Source: Longimicrobiales bacterium
GTDB lineage: Bacteria > Gemmatimonadota > Gemmatimonadetes > Longimicrobiales > Gaopeijiaceae
Direction of reading: 5' to 3'
Assembly: GCA_965218295.1 (NCBI GenBank)
Contig: CBDCKN010000010.1
Coordinates: 1 to 64,000 of the forward strand
Length of the DNA stretch: 64,000 nt
The notes below the pieces were generated by a model. It was given only the letters and a program-made list of their open reading frames with translations, did no database searches and was not told where the DNA came from. This document shows, one piece after another, positions 40,600-51,275 of this stretch (its first letter is position 1; every line of letters begins with the position of its first letter). Made by a program: the position numbers and the translations under genes.

Positions 40600-43566
40600 T
40601 CACATGGAGTCGAGGGTCCGAGCCAGTCGGGCCTCCCACGAGGACTTTCTCGCCTGGTGCTCCGGGGTGGGGGGGTACAGTGAACCCGGACGCACCTCAT
40701 TGCCGGTCAGGGCCCGGGAAAGCTGCTCGGCACCTCGCTGAATCTGGCAAAGTTCGCCGTCGGTACCTTCGGGTTTCTGGCCACCCCTACCGAACCCGAA
40801 TTCTTCACAGGTCAAACCGGGCCGGGCTTCCCGAATGTCTCGAGCCAAGTCGATGAGGTCCAGGAGGAACGCCTCCCGCTCCTCGTACATGGCTTGCGTG
40901 ACGGGCATCTCCGGATCGCCTCTCACCTCCAGCGTCTGGCTGGACGTCACGCCCCTCGCCTCGACGGTGATCGAGAACCGCCCTGGTGACACCCAGGGTC
41001 CCCGGTTGTCGACGGGACGAGACAGCCGGGGGTCGTCGTGAGACCGCCATGTCTCCCTGTCACTCGAGGTGGAGTTGCGAAGATCCCAGTTCACCCGGTG
41101 GATGCCGGGCTCCGAAGGAACGGCGAGCTCCCGGACCACGCGACCGGATGAGTTGGTCACACGGAGGGTGGCGCCACCGCCACCGGCCCCCAAGCTGTAC
41201 GTGATGATGGCACCCGACACCGGGTTCTCTCCCGCGAACTCTGCCTGACCGCGATACGACGTGTCTTTCCAGTAGTTGAATATGGTGGCTCGCTGGATGC
41301 TGAAGACGTGGACGTCGGCGGCGGCCACCACGGCCGTCCACTCAGCCAACGGGCTCGTATCGTCCAGAATCCAGACGCTCTGGCCGTGTGTCCCGATAAT
41401 CAGGTCTTTCTCCCTCGCATGGATGACCATGTCATCGACATGGGTGGTCGGCAGGTTGGGCATCTTGGCCCAGCTCGCACCCGCATCCGTGCTGACGAAC
41501 ACCGAGTGCTCGGAACCCGCGAAGAGCACGTCCGAGTTGTCGGGGTGCTCCACCAAGGAGTTCACAGAGCCAGACGGCAGTCCCTTCATGACGGGGTCCC
41601 ACTTCTGCCCGTAGTCCTCCGTGCGGAAGAGGTAGGGGTCGAAGTCCCCGTCCCGGTGTGCATCGAAGGCCACATAGGCCCCTCCCGAACCCTTCCGCGA
41701 GGCGACCACCCGGCTCACGTAAGTGCCATCGGCGACACCCCTGACGTTCCGGCTCACCTCGGTCCAACTCCGGCCGCCGTCTCGCGACACCTGGAGGTTC
41801 CCGTCGTCGGTGCCCACCCAAAGGATCTGGGGGTCCAGAGGCGACTCGGCGATGACGGTGATCTCGCCGAAGGTGGACGTCCCGTCGTTCCGCGAGTTCC
41901 GGATGTCCGAGCCGTAGACACCCATGAGCTGGAGCTCGTCCCGATCGATGTTGCGCGTCAGGTCCTCGGTCCGCGTCCATGACTCGCCGCGATCGCGGGC
42001 GATGAACAGCCGATTCCCGCCCAGGTAGACGACCGACGGGTCGTGCCTGGAAACGAGGCTCGGTGAGACCCAGTCCCATCGGTACGAGGGCTCACCCTCG
42101 GGCGCTCGAGGCCGGATGTCGAGCATATCGCCTGTCTCAGCGTCCAGCCGGTAGTAAGCACCCCCGTTGGAGTTGGCGTAGACGAAGCGATGACTGGTGG
42201 GGTCGACTTGCTGGTACATGCCGTCCCCGAAGCCTGTCTGCTTCCAGTCGTCGTTGATGATGCCGATCCACCGGCGCGTCTCGGAGGGGCCCATCCAGGA
42301 GTGGTTGTCCTGCATGCCGCCGTACACCCAATACGGATCACGGTTGTCGACACCGATAGCGTAGAACTGCCCGATGGCGAAGTTGTTGATCTTCCTGAAG
42401 TTCACGCCCTGGTCGTACGTCTCCCACAGCCCCGCGTCACCAACTAGGTAGAGGTGGTTCGGCTCGTTGGGGTCGATCCAGAGGCCGTGGTGGTCGGCGT
42501 GGACTCCTACGTCGTAGGTGGGTCGCTCCGCGATCTCCCTCCAAGTCACGCCACCGTCCTCGCTCTTGTTCGACGAGGTCCCCAACACGTAGACACGATC
42601 CTCCTCGGAAGGGTCGATGAAGATCTCGGAGTAGTACATGGGCCGGGGGTTCATCGAGCTGACCCGACGCCAGGTCGCTCCGCCGTCCTCGCTGCGATAG
42701 GTCCCCTGCACGTCCTCGTCTGCGTGCTCGACGAGGGCGTTCAGCACCATGGGGTTCGACTCGGAGATGGCGAGGCCGATCCGGCCTTTGTCCCCGTCCG
42801 GGATACCGTTCGTCAGCTCCTGCCACGTTTCTCCCCCATTCGTCGTCCGGTAGATCCCGCTTCCCGGCCCTCCACCGTTGAACCCCCAGGTCCTCCTGAG
42901 ACGTTGGTACGTGGCGGCGTAGACGATGACCGGGTTCCAGCTGTCTATGACCAGGTCCACGGCGCCCGTGTACTCGTCCACGAACAGGACTCGATCCCAG
43001 CTTCTACCCCCGTCACGGGATCGATAGACACCGCGCTCCTCGCTGCCTCGCCAGAGATTTCCTAGAGCGGCGACGTATACCACGTCGGGGTCGGTGGGAT
43101 GCACCAGCACCTTGCCGATGTGCCGCGTCTCCACCAGTCCGAGGTGGCGCCAGGTGTCTCCTCCGTCATCGGATCGATAGACGCCATTCCCCCAGGACGT
43201 GCTCTGCCGGTTGTTCTGCTCCCCCGTGCCGGCATACATGATGTCGGGATCGGACGGAGCGATGGCCACGTCACCGAAGGTGCTCACCTCCTTGTCGGCG
43301 AAGACGTTTCGCCAGGTGTGACCGCGATTGGTGGTCTTCCATAGCCCGCCGGAGGCAGTAGCCAGGAATATGGTCGAAGGGTCGTCGGCGAGAGCTTCAA
43401 GGTCGTGAATTCGTCCGCCCGTCACCGCAGGCCCGATGAGTCTGGGTTGGAAAGTACAGAGCTGATCTTCCGAGATCGCAGCACTCTGAGCGGTCGCCTG
43501 TGCCGGAAGCAGCAGGAAGGCCGCGAGCAAGGTCGACAGAGACCTCTTGTGGGTGGCGCGAAACAT
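40600..43566 (-). CDS. Secreted VPS10/BNR-repeat beta-propeller protein (glycosyl-hydrolase-like)
   Basis: Signal peptide; repeated Asp-boxes S.DGG.TW; IGPAVTGGRI, HADHH, GGMQDN. Confidence 0.87.
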   Translation of the reverse strand: MFRATHKRSLSTLLAAFLLLPAQATAQSAAISEDQLCTFQPRLIGPAVTGGRIHDLEALADDPSTIFLATASGGLWKTTNRGHTWRNVFADKEVSTFGDVAIAPSDPDIMYAGTGEQNNRQSTSWGNGVYRSDDGGDTWRHLGLVETRHIGKVLVHPTDPDVVYVAALGNLWRGSEERGVYRSRDGGRSWDRVLFVDEYTGAVDLVIDSWNPVIVYAATYQRLRRTWGFNGGGPGSGIYRTTNGGETWQELTNGIPDGDKGRIGLAISESNPMVLNALVEHADEDVQGTYRSEDGGATWRRVSSMNPRPMYYSEIFIDPSEEDRVYVLGTSSNKSEDGGVTWREIAERPTYDVGVHADHHGLWIDPNEPNHLYLVGDAGLWETYDQGVNFRKINNFAIGQFYAIGVDNRDPYWVYGGMQDNHSWMGPSETRRWIGIINDDWKQTGFGDGMYQQVDPTSHRFVYANSNGGAYYRLDAETGDMLDIRPRAPEGEPSYRWDWVSPSLVSRHDPSVVYLGGNRLFIARDRGESWTRTEDLTRNIDRDELQLMGVYGSDIRNSRNDGTSTFGEITVIAESPLDPQILWVGTDDGNLQVSRDGGRSWTEVSRNVRGVADGTYVSRVVASRKGSGGAYVAFDAHRDGDFDPYLFRTEDYGQKWDPVMKGLPSGSVNSLVEHPDNSDVLFAGSEHSVFVSTDAGASWAKMPNLPTTHVDDMVIHAREKDLIIGTHGQSVWILDDTSPLAEWTAVVAAADVHVFSIQRATIFNYWKDTSYRGQAEFAGENPVSGAIITYSLGAGGGGATLRVTNSSGRVVRELAVPSEPGIHRVNWDLRNSTSSDRETWRSHDDPRLSRPVDNRGPWVSPGRFSITVEARGVTSSQTLEVRGDPEMPVTQAMYEEREAFLLDLIDLARDIREARPGLTCEEFGFGRGGQKPEGTDGELCQIQRGAEQLSRALTGNEVRPGSLYPPTPEHQARKSSWEARLARTLDSM

Positions 43567-43653
43567 TACCGACTCCAGTCCTGGCGTCACCATCTCGAGC
43601 GTCGGCTCTCGCCCACGGAGCCGACGCCACGCATGCTCGGCGGGACGGTAGAA

Positions 43654-44436
43654 TTAGGTGGGTGTCACGTGGCCCGCCAGGGCCTCTCGCACGATGGCGA
43701 GCACCTCGTCGTCCATGTCTTCGGCGGTGAGCATCCACTCGAGGTAATCCCGCTCCATCAGGGCCACCTCCGAGAGGGCTCGACCCCTGTGCTTGCCCCT
43801 CCGGAAGACGCGTCCCTCGTCTCCGTCCTCGAACCACAGATCGACGGCGGTCCGGATGGGAAAGAACTCGTCGCAGTACTGATTGAGCGCGTCCATGTCG
43901 TGGGGCAGATGGGGGTAGCGCTCGATCTGGGCTGCCAGAACGGCGGCCGTGGTTCGGATGTCGCCCAGAGCGCTGTGGGCTTCCTGATGCTCACGGCCCA
44001 GGTAAAATCGTGCGGCTGCCGAGAGATCGCGGGGCTCCTCCCGGTGAAAGATCCCCTGGATGTCGATGATCCGGCGCGACTTGTAATCGAATTCGACTTT
44101 AGCCCGCTTGAACTCGGCCAAGAGCATGGGAAGGTCGAATCGGCGGATGTTGAAGCCGGCCAGGTCACAAGGGTCCAGCAGTTGCACCAGGGCCTTGGCT
44201 CGAGCGGCGAACGGCGCCTCGTCGGCCACGTCTTCGTCCGTGATCCCGTGGACAGCCGTGGCCTCGGGGTGAATGGGTATGCCGGGGTTGAAGCGGCGAA
44301 CCCGCTCCAACACGTCGCCCTGAGGAGAGACGCGGAGGATGGCCATCTCGATGATCCGATCATCCCGGGTGCTAAGTCCCGTCGTCTCAAGATCCAGGAA
44401 GACGATGGGACGGTCGAGCTCGACGGGGAGGAGCAT
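43654..44436 (-). CDS. DEDDh 3'-5' exonuclease (DnaQ-like)
   Basis: FLDLETTG, GFNIRRFD, AHSALGD; C-terminal GKHRG...YLEWM. Confidence 0.9.
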   Translation of the reverse strand: MLLPVELDRPIVFLDLETTGLSTRDDRIIEMAILRVSPQGDVLERVRRFNPGIPIHPEATAVHGITDEDVADEAPFAARAKALVQLLDPCDLAGFNIRRFDLPMLLAEFKRAKVEFDYKSRRIIDIQGIFHREEPRDLSAAARFYLGREHQEAHSALGDIRTTAAVLAAQIERYPHLPHDMDALNQYCDEFFPIRTAVDLWFEDGDEGRVFRRGKHRGRALSEVALMERDYLEWMLTAEDMDDEVLAIVREALAGHVTPT

Positions 44437-44480
44437 CAGGCGGCCTGGCGCAGTGTCTGCATCAGCCTATGATAGCGGGC

Positions 44481-45479
44481 ATGGAAGCAACAGGCAGCAT
44501 GCAAGCGGTGGTCATGGACGGATCGGGGGGGCCTGAGGTACTCTCGCTCCAATCGACGCCGATGCCGGTCCCGGAGGCCGGGGAGATCCGGGTGCGGGTC
44601 GCTACGTCCGGCGTCAATCACGCAGACCTTTTGCAGAGGATGGGACACTATCCGGTCCCCGAGGGCTGGCCGGAGGAGATTCTCGGTCTCGAGTTCTCCG
44701 GCATCGTGGACGCCTTGGGGCCCGAGGTGGATCGGTGGCAGGTGGGGGACCGGATCATGGGGATCCTGGGCGGCGGCGGATATGCCCAATACGTGAAGAC
44801 CCACGGCACCACCGTTGTTCCGGTGCCCGACTCCCTCGGCCTCGAAGAGGCGGGGGCGATTCCCGAGGTGTTCATGACCGCTTTCGACGCAGCGGTGATG
44901 CAGATGGGGCTCCGGTCGGGGGAGACCCTCCTCATCCACGCGGTGGGGAGCGGCGTGGGAACCGCGGCCCTGCAGATCGCCAAGGCCCTCGGCGCTCGCA
45001 CCCTCGGTACGTCCCGAACCCCCGCGAAGCTCGAGCGGGCGGCGGCACTGGGGCTGGACCACGCCGTCCCGGGTGACACCGACTGGCCCGAGCACGTCCT
45101 GAAGGTCACGGAGGGACGGGGGGTGGACGTGATCCTGGATCTCGTGGGGGGACCCTACCTGGAGGGGAATCAGAAGGTCGTGGCGACCCGGGGTCGCCAT
45201 ATCGTCGTGGGTGTACCCGGAGGGGCCGTCGCCACCATCGACCTGAGAACCATGATGAGTCGTCGAGCGACACTCAGGGGCACGGTCCTGAGAGCCCGGT
45301 CCCTCGAGGAGAAGGCGGCCCTGGCCGAGGCCTTCGAGGAGCGCGTCCTTCCGCTGTTCCTGCGCGGGCAGGCGAGTCCGGTCGTCGACCGCATGTTCTC
45401 CCCCGAGGAGGCCGCCGATGCCCATCGGGTGATGGAGGCCAATGCGAACTTCGGAAAGCTCCTCATCCGCTGGGAGTGA
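44481..45479 (+). CDS. NAD(P)H-quinone oxidoreductase (PIG3/zeta-crystallin family)
   Basis: GGPEVL, GVNHADLLQR.G.Y, LGLEFSG, HAVGSGVG, NFGKL. Confidence 0.9.
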   Translation: MEATGSMQAVVMDGSGGPEVLSLQSTPMPVPEAGEIRVRVATSGVNHADLLQRMGHYPVPEGWPEEILGLEFSGIVDALGPEVDRWQVGDRIMGILGGGGYAQYVKTHGTTVVPVPDSLGLEEAGAIPEVFMTAFDAAVMQMGLRSGETLLIHAVGSGVGTAALQIAKALGARTLGTSRTPAKLERAAALGLDHAVPGDTDWPEHVLKVTEGRGVDVILDLVGGPYLEGNQKVVATRGRHIVVGVPGGAVATIDLRTMMSRRATLRGTVLRARSLEEKAALAEAFEERVLPLFLRGQASPVVDRMFSPEEAADAHRVMEANANFGKLLIRWE

Positions 45480-45485
45480 CGGACA

Positions 45486-48314
45486 CTAGCCCGTCTTGAG
45501 CGACTCCCGGATTACTCGGGCTTGTTCCACCACATGGTCGATGTACTTCCCCTCGGAGGGGCTGGCCCGCTCGGGGCGGGCCACGTGGCTGAGCTTCAGC
45601 TCCCGTGGAACCACGGCCCTCAGGCGCGGGCCCACGTAGGAGAGGGCTCCCATGTTTCGCGGCTCCTCCTGAGCCCAGACCAACTCACGAACGGACGGAT
45701 AGCGAGCTAGGAGCTCCTCGACCCCGAATCCCGGGAACGGATAGAGCTCCTCCAGTCGCGCCACGGCCACGCCGGGCAGGTCCTCACGCAGCTCACTGCC
45801 GACCAGGTCGTAGTAGAGCTTTCCGGAGCAGAGCACCAGGCGGGTGACGGCCTCGGGCTCGACCACGGAGGGATCGTCCAGGACGGGCTGGAAGCTTCCC
45901 TCCACCAGATCGGAGACGGTGGACGTGGCCCTCGGATGACGGAGGAGGCTCTTGGGCATCATGACCACCAGGGGCCGCTCCGGCCGGACGTGCGCCTGTC
46001 GCCGGAGGAGGTGGTAGTGCTGCGCCGGATTAGTGGGGGACACCACACGCATGTTGTTCTCCGCGCACAGCTGTAGGAAGCGCTCCAGTCGCGCGCTTGA
46101 GTGCTCCGGCCCCTGCCCCTCGTAGCCGTGCGGAAGGAGCATGGCCAGCGTGGCCACCTGCCCCCACTTCTCCCAACCCGAAGACACGAACTGGTCGATG
46201 GAGACCTGGGCGGCGTTGGCGAAGTCGCCGAACTGGGCCTCCCAGAGAACCAGGTCCTTCTCCGACGCAACGCTGTAGCCGTATTCGAAGCCCAGCACGG
46301 CCATCTCGGACAGGGGCGAGTTGAGGACCGTGAAGCACGCGTCTCCGTAGTGTGCCAGAGGCGTATGCTCCTGGCCCGTCTCCGAGTCGTGAAGCACGAG
46401 ATGCCGGTGGCTGAAAGTGCCGCGCTGGGAGTCCTGTCCGGTGAGCCGCACCGGGATACCCTCCCAGAGGAGTGAGCCGAACGCCAGAACCTCGGCGTGA
46501 CCCCAGTCCAGGGAGAAGTGCGGCCCAAAGCCGTCGTCACGCTTCGCCAGCTGTCTCTTGAGCTTGGGGTGCATGCTGAAGCTCTCGGGGGTCGCCACGG
46601 CAGCGGCGTTCACCTCCGCCAGAACCTCTAGCGGCAGCGACGGGACCAACCCCTTGGGCGGCTCCAGGTTCGAGTCCTCCATTACCTCGTGGGGAGAGCG
46701 TTCCTCGCTCTGGACCTCGTCCTGAGCCGTGCGAAGGTAGCCCGACACGCTGGCCTCCATGGCCTCTACGTCCTCGGCGCTCAGAACCCCCGCCTTCATG
46801 AGCTTCTCGGCGTAGATGGCACGCACTGTCGGATGATCTTTGATCATCTTCGACTCGAAGGGCTGGGTGTAGGCAGGCTCGTCACCCTCGTTGTGGCCAT
46901 AGCGGCGGTAGCCCACCAGGTCGATGACGACGTCGTCTCGATACTCGGCCCGGTACGCCATGGCGAGCCGAACCGCGGTCAGACACGCCTCGGCGTCGTC
47001 GGCGTTCGCATGGATGATGGGGAAGCTGAATCCCTTGGCGAGGTCGCTGGCGTAGCGAGTGGAGCGACCGTCGATAGGAAGGGTCGTGAAGCCGATCTGG
47101 TTGTTGGCGATGACGTGGATGGTTCCGCCCGTCGTATAGCCCCTCAGCCTTCCGAGGTTCAGCGTCTCGGCCACGACGCCCTCGCCGGCGAACGCCGCGT
47201 CACCGTGGATGAGGATGGGCACCACGGCGGACGTATCCTGTTCGGCGCCCTGCTGGTCTCCACGGTGCTGGAGGGCGCGCGCCACCCCCTCCACCACGGG
47301 GTTCACGAATTCGAGGTGGCTTGGATTCGGTACGAGGATGATATGGATCACGGATCCATCGGGGAGGATGCGCTCTCCCTCTGCTCCGTGGTGGTACTTC
47401 ACGTCGCCCGTGCCTTCCACTGTGAAGGCGCCCTTGGCTTCGACGCCCTCGAACTCGCGAATGATCTCCTCGTATCCCACACCCACGAAGTGGGCGAGGA
47501 CGTTGAGCCGGCCGCGATGAGCCATTCCCAGGACGACCCGTTCGGCTCCTGCCCGGGCGGCCTCCTCCAAGGCGAGGTCCATCATGGGGACCATCATGTC
47601 GGTCCCTTCGATGGAGAAGCGCTTCTGACCCAGGTAGGCTTTGTGGATGAATTGCTCCAATCCCTCGACTTCAGTGAGTCGTTGCTGGAGTCGCACCTGC
47701 TCTCCCGCCTCGATGGGCTGCGCATGGACTCCCGACTCCACCTGATCCCAGAGCCACCGAACGACGGATGGGTCCTCGAGGTGCTCGAACTCGTAGCCTA
47801 TGGTGCCGCAGTAGGCGTCCTGAAGCCTCTTCAGGGCATTGGCGAGGGATTCGTCGCCCCCGCCCTCCATGACGAGCGATGCCGGTAGCTCCTCGAGCTC
47901 CTCCATGCTCGTGCCGAAGAAAGAGGGGTCGAGCTGCGGGTGCCCTGGCGGAGGAGAGCCCAGCGGGTCGATCTGAGAGAGGTGATGCCCATGATCACGA
48001 AACGCCTGAGCGAAAGAGGTGGCCTTCGCCACGACGGGCACCATGCGCCGCATGGTGTCCGCCTGGTCCTGCACGGCGTCGAGCTCCGCCGTCGGGGCCT
48101 GGCCCGCGCCGCGGACGGGTGCGTCCACAACCGCTCCGCCCCCGTTCGCCGCCAGACTTTCGGGCACCATGAGCCCTGCCTCCCGGGCGGCGGTCGGACC
48201 CAACGAGAAGAACCGTCGCCACTCCTCGGGCACGGCGTCGGGGTTCCGGGCGAACTCCTCATAGAGTGCCTGGACGTACCCGGCGTTCTGACTGTCGAAG
48301 GGCTTCTCTTCCAT
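45486..48314 (-). CDS. sucA: 2-oxoglutarate dehydrogenase E1 component
   Basis: KRFSIEG, GMAHRGRLN, GDVKYHHG, NPSHLE, HGDAAFAGEG, GHNEGDEP, WEAQFGDF, PEHSSAR. Confidence 0.96.
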   Translation of the reverse strand: MEEKPFDSQNAGYVQALYEEFARNPDAVPEEWRRFFSLGPTAAREAGLMVPESLAANGGGAVVDAPVRGAGQAPTAELDAVQDQADTMRRMVPVVAKATSFAQAFRDHGHHLSQIDPLGSPPPGHPQLDPSFFGTSMEELEELPASLVMEGGGDESLANALKRLQDAYCGTIGYEFEHLEDPSVVRWLWDQVESGVHAQPIEAGEQVRLQQRLTEVEGLEQFIHKAYLGQKRFSIEGTDMMVPMMDLALEEAARAGAERVVLGMAHRGRLNVLAHFVGVGYEEIIREFEGVEAKGAFTVEGTGDVKYHHGAEGERILPDGSVIHIILVPNPSHLEFVNPVVEGVARALQHRGDQQGAEQDTSAVVPILIHGDAAFAGEGVVAETLNLGRLRGYTTGGTIHVIANNQIGFTTLPIDGRSTRYASDLAKGFSFPIIHANADDAEACLTAVRLAMAYRAEYRDDVVIDLVGYRRYGHNEGDEPAYTQPFESKMIKDHPTVRAIYAEKLMKAGVLSAEDVEAMEASVSGYLRTAQDEVQSEERSPHEVMEDSNLEPPKGLVPSLPLEVLAEVNAAAVATPESFSMHPKLKRQLAKRDDGFGPHFSLDWGHAEVLAFGSLLWEGIPVRLTGQDSQRGTFSHRHLVLHDSETGQEHTPLAHYGDACFTVLNSPLSEMAVLGFEYGYSVASEKDLVLWEAQFGDFANAAQVSIDQFVSSGWEKWGQVATLAMLLPHGYEGQGPEHSSARLERFLQLCAENNMRVVSPTNPAQHYHLLRRQAHVRPERPLVVMMPKSLLRHPRATSTVSDLVEGSFQPVLDDPSVVEPEAVTRLVLCSGKLYYDLVGSELREDLPGVAVARLEELYPFPGFGVEELLARYPSVRELVWAQEEPRNMGALSYVGPRLRAVVPRELKLSHVARPERASPSEGKYIDHVVEQARVIRESLKTG

Positions 48315-48430
48315 CGCTCTCGGGCTTCAGACGGGGCCGGAAAGGCCGTCCCCATCGACCTCAAAATGGAACTCTTAAACTAGTGGAATTTCCCGCCTCA
48401 GGGAGCCCCGACTCAGCTCCGAATTCCTTG

Positions 48431-48488
48431 TTGACCCCAAGTCTGATGGGATGTACCTTCTCCGTTGTGATTGAGAATCGTTCTCATT
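48431..48488 (+). promoter_or_regulatory. Promoter plus Fur-box-like operator of the FecA-like receptor
   Basis: TTGACC (48431-48436), 17 bp, TACCTT (48454-48459); 7-1-7 repeat TGAGAAT-C-GTTCTCA (48472-48486). Confidence 0.72.
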
Positions 48489-48538
48489 TGACGCCCGACG
48501 GGACGCGCTGAGAGCACCAACGCCGGGTTTACATATAG

Positions 48539-51019
48539 ATGCCGATTGAAGCCAGGGCCATGAACGTCTCCGTTCGCAGGATCTTCCCGCTGATCGTCGT
48601 AGCCTCGCTATTCTCACCATCTCTCAATGCACAGGACGGCCCCGGCAGGATTGCAGGATTCGTCGAGACCACCGAGGACGGCTCGGCCCTTGCTGGAACC
48701 TCGGTCGAAGTGGTGGGCACATCCCTTCGCGCCCTGTCCGATGACGCCGGACGCTACGTGCTGAGGGGGATCCCTCTGGGCACGGTCTCGCTGCGGTTCG
48801 TGCGCCTCGGTTATTCGACCCTCACCAAGACGGTGACGGTGGTCGACGACAAGGTGCTCCGGGTGACCGCCGAGATGGGTGCCGGACCGATCCGCCTCGA
48901 CCCGATCAGCGTCCTCATGGAGCGTACCCGGATGATCGGCGACCCCCTTGGCATCGACGAAATCCCCGGGGCTGCGCACGTGCTCGTCGCGGCGGACCTG
49001 GACTCTCCGGCCTTCGTGTTCGACAACATCCATGACTTCCTGCGCCTCGTTCCGGGGGTGAACGTCCAGGACGAGGACGGGTTCGGGCTTCGTCCCAACA
49101 TCGGGCTCAGGGGGACGGGCGTGGACCGGAGCTCCAAGATCACCCTCATGGAGGACGGCGTGCTCATCGCCCCGGCCCCCTACACGGCTCCGTCCGCCTA
49201 CTACTTTCCGGTGGCCGGGCGCATGGAGGCCGTGGAGGTCCAGAAGGGATCGAGCCAGGTCAAGTATGGTCCCCGCACCATCGGTGGCGCGATCAACCTC
49301 GTCTCGGCGCCTATCCCCGATCGGTTCTCGTGGTTCATGGAGGGAGCCGCAGGTGGGAACGGCACCCTGAGGGGTCACGGGCGGATCGGTGACTCCGGCA
49401 CACGCTTTGGGTGGCTCCTGGAGGCGTACTCGCTGGAGACCGACGGCTTCAAGGAGCTGGCCACCGGCGCGGGGACGGGCTTCGACGTGGCCGACTTCAT
49501 GGGGAAGGTTCGGGTCAACAGCGATCGTGAAGGCCCCTCGTACCAGGAGCTGGAGCTCAAGCTCGGTTACACCGACGAGGAGTCGGCAGAGACCTATCTC
49601 GGCCTTACGGACGTGGACTTCACCATGAATCCACTGTACCGATACCCGGCCTCCGAGTCGGATGTGATGAAGGCCGAGCACTCGCAGATTCAACTCCGGC
49701 ACTTCTGGACCCGCGGTGCCGTCGACGTAACGACGACGGCGTATCGCAATGACTTCTTGCGGAACTGGTACAAGCTGGAGAGCGTGCTCGGCACAGGCAT
49801 CAGCAAGGTCCTGGATGCTCCTGACGAGAACGCGCCGGCCCTCGCGATCCTGCGCGGGGAGGGTAGCGACCCCGACGCACTCAGGGTTCGGGCGAACAAT
49901 CGTGAATACTTCGCCGAGGGTGTGCAGTCGACGGTGGGCCTCGGCCTCGGCCGTCATGAGCTCGAGCTGGGCCTTCGGTTCCACCGTGACCAGGAGGACC
50001 GCTTCCAGTGGGAGGACGCGTTCCAGATGCAGGGCAGTACCATGGTCCTCACCACCCCTGGTGAGCCTGGGAGCCAGTCCAATCGGGTGAGCTCGGCCGA
50101 CGTGCTTGCCTTCTTCGTGCAGGACGAAGTCGAGCTCGGACGCCTGATCGTGACTCCCGGGGTCCGGTTCGAGCACATCAACTTCGCCCGAACGGACTAC
50201 GCCAGCGACGACCCCGCCCGCACGGAGCCCACCCGGGTTCGGGAGAACCGGGTGAATGCGTGGATCCCGGGAATCGGGCTCTCGTATCGTGCCGCCCCTG
50301 CCCTCAACCTCTTCTGGGGTGTTCACAAGGGGTTCGGACCGCAGGGACCCGGCGCCGCCGAGGCCACGCGCCCGGAGAGCAGCGTCAACTACGAGTTCGG
50401 TGGGAGGTGGCGGAACTCGGGGTTGGCCGCCCAGGCGAGCGCGTTCTACAGCGACTACACGAACATCCTCGGACGGGCGACGCTGGCCACCGCCGAAGCT
50501 GGCACGGGCGAGGCGTACAACGGAGGGGACGCCGCGGTAGCGGGTGTCGAGGTCTCCGTGGACTACGATTTCGCCTGGGGACGCGACTGGGCGGGTAGGG
50601 TGCCCCTACGGATCACCTATACGCATACGCGTGCCGAATTCCGGTCTTCCTTCGACTCCGACTACGGTCCCTGGGGCGAGGTTGAGATCGGCGATCGCCT
50701 CCCCTACCTCCCCGCGCACCAGATGAGCGGGAGCATCGGGTACGACCATCCGCGGTGGAGCGTCACGCTCTCCACGATGGCGTCGGGCGCTATGCGAACG
50801 CAGGCCGGTCGAGGTCCCATCCCAGAGGGGGAGGGCACGGACTCGTACGTGGTATTCAACCTGGCCGGGGAGCTGCAGCTCGACCGCAGGGGGACCGTGT
50901 TCGCCGGCGTCCAGAACCTCTCGGACGAGCGGTACAGCGTGGCGAGGCGCCCGGCTGGGCTCCGTCCCGGACTGCCCCGGACTCTGATGGCGGGTCTCCG
51001 CGTGACTGGAGTGCGGTAG
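48539..51019 (+). CDS. TonB-dependent receptor, FecA-like iron uptake
   Basis: VPGVNVQDEDGFGLRPNIGLRG, RSSKITLMEDG, APSAYYFP, YGPRTIGGAIN; upstream Fur-like box. Confidence 0.9.
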   Translation: MPIEARAMNVSVRRIFPLIVVASLFSPSLNAQDGPGRIAGFVETTEDGSALAGTSVEVVGTSLRALSDDAGRYVLRGIPLGTVSLRFVRLGYSTLTKTVTVVDDKVLRVTAEMGAGPIRLDPISVLMERTRMIGDPLGIDEIPGAAHVLVAADLDSPAFVFDNIHDFLRLVPGVNVQDEDGFGLRPNIGLRGTGVDRSSKITLMEDGVLIAPAPYTAPSAYYFPVAGRMEAVEVQKGSSQVKYGPRTIGGAINLVSAPIPDRFSWFMEGAAGGNGTLRGHGRIGDSGTRFGWLLEAYSLETDGFKELATGAGTGFDVADFMGKVRVNSDREGPSYQELELKLGYTDEESAETYLGLTDVDFTMNPLYRYPASESDVMKAEHSQIQLRHFWTRGAVDVTTTAYRNDFLRNWYKLESVLGTGISKVLDAPDENAPALAILRGEGSDPDALRVRANNREYFAEGVQSTVGLGLGRHELELGLRFHRDQEDRFQWEDAFQMQGSTMVLTTPGEPGSQSNRVSSADVLAFFVQDEVELGRLIVTPGVRFEHINFARTDYASDDPARTEPTRVRENRVNAWIPGIGLSYRAAPALNLFWGVHKGFGPQGPGAAEATRPESSVNYEFGGRWRNSGLAAQASAFYSDYTNILGRATLATAEAGTGEAYNGGDAAVAGVEVSVDYDFAWGRDWAGRVPLRITYTHTRAEFRSSFDSDYGPWGEVEIGDRLPYLPAHQMSGSIGYDHPRWSVTLSTMASGAMRTQAGRGPIPEGEGTDSYVVFNLAGELQLDRRGTVFAGVQNLSDERYSVARRPAGLRPGLPRTLMAGLRVTGVR

Positions 51020-51060
51020 ACCGACGACCACGGATCGGCAAGAGTAGGCGCCTCCGCGAT

Positions 51061-51265
51061 ACACCGCCGTAGCTCGGCCGACAACGCTTCGCGTTGTTGA
51101 CCCTCGTCGTCGTTCGTTCTTCGCCTTCGGCTCAGGTGCCGCGGGAATCACTTTCCAACGGCGAACATCAAGTCCGCGGCGTTGCCTGAACGCGCGCAAG
51201 CACGGGGCACCCACGCCTGAGGCGTGGGTCGCGCGACCCACTGTACTTCCTCAACAGCCTTCTAG
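51061..51265. repeat. Hairpin-rich intergenic element, possible remnant of a second non-autonomous repeat family
   Basis: ACAACGC-TTC-GCGTTGT (51081-51097), ACCCACGCC-TGA-GGCGTGGGT (51209-51229), ends ACTTCCTCAACAGCCTTCTAG. Confidence 0.45.
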
Positions 51266-51275
51266 AGTTTGCGAC

